Shown one piece after another: positions 35,591 to 35,696 of a stretch of 35,696 nt of DNA; position 1 is the stretch's first letter, and each line of letters begins with the position of its first letter. The position numbers and the translations under genes are program-made. The DNA comes from Octopus sinensis (Eukaryota). The notes beneath the pieces were generated by a model. It ran no database searches and had not been told where the DNA came from. It saw nothing but the letters and a program-made list of their open reading frames with translations. The DNA lies in NCBI RefSeq assembly GCF_006345805.1, contig NW_021826261.1, positions 1-35,696 of the forward strand, in the 5' to 3' direction.

Positions 35591-35696
35591 CCCCTCTCTT
35601 GCCCCTCAAAATTTGTCCTTTTCCTCGCACATAACAATAACCTTGTTTCTTATAGCTAGTGTGATTCTTTTTTCACATTGATGTTATAAAATCGCT

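Overview
AT-rich, microsatellite-dense eukaryotic DNA with no recognisable intact host gene. Nearly all ORFs in the track are translations of (TA)n, (CA)n, (TAA)n or (CAT)n repeats, or of SINEs. The repeat landscape looks like an Octopus-type (coleoid cephalopod) intronic or intergenic region; this is inferred from the repeat families and not verified. The window holds decayed non-LTR retrotransposons: three R4/Dong-like REL fragments at TAA repeats, plus Hero/NeSL-, RTE-, CR1- and I/Jockey-like pieces. It also has three Penelope-like (PLE) coding remnants, PLE pseudo-LTR-like repeats with minimal hammerhead ribozyme motifs, a mariner fragment, a hAT/Charlie MITE, a non-autonomous Helitron and many tRNA-derived SINEs. 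The main leads are hammerhead motifs with a non-canonical CCGA core, a head-to-tail SINE trimer inside one 12-bp TSD, modular SINE body/tail shuffling, an unexplained 116-nt hairpin, and a short acidic ORF followed by a terminator-like hairpin. Boundaries of degenerate elements are approximate and were read by eye.
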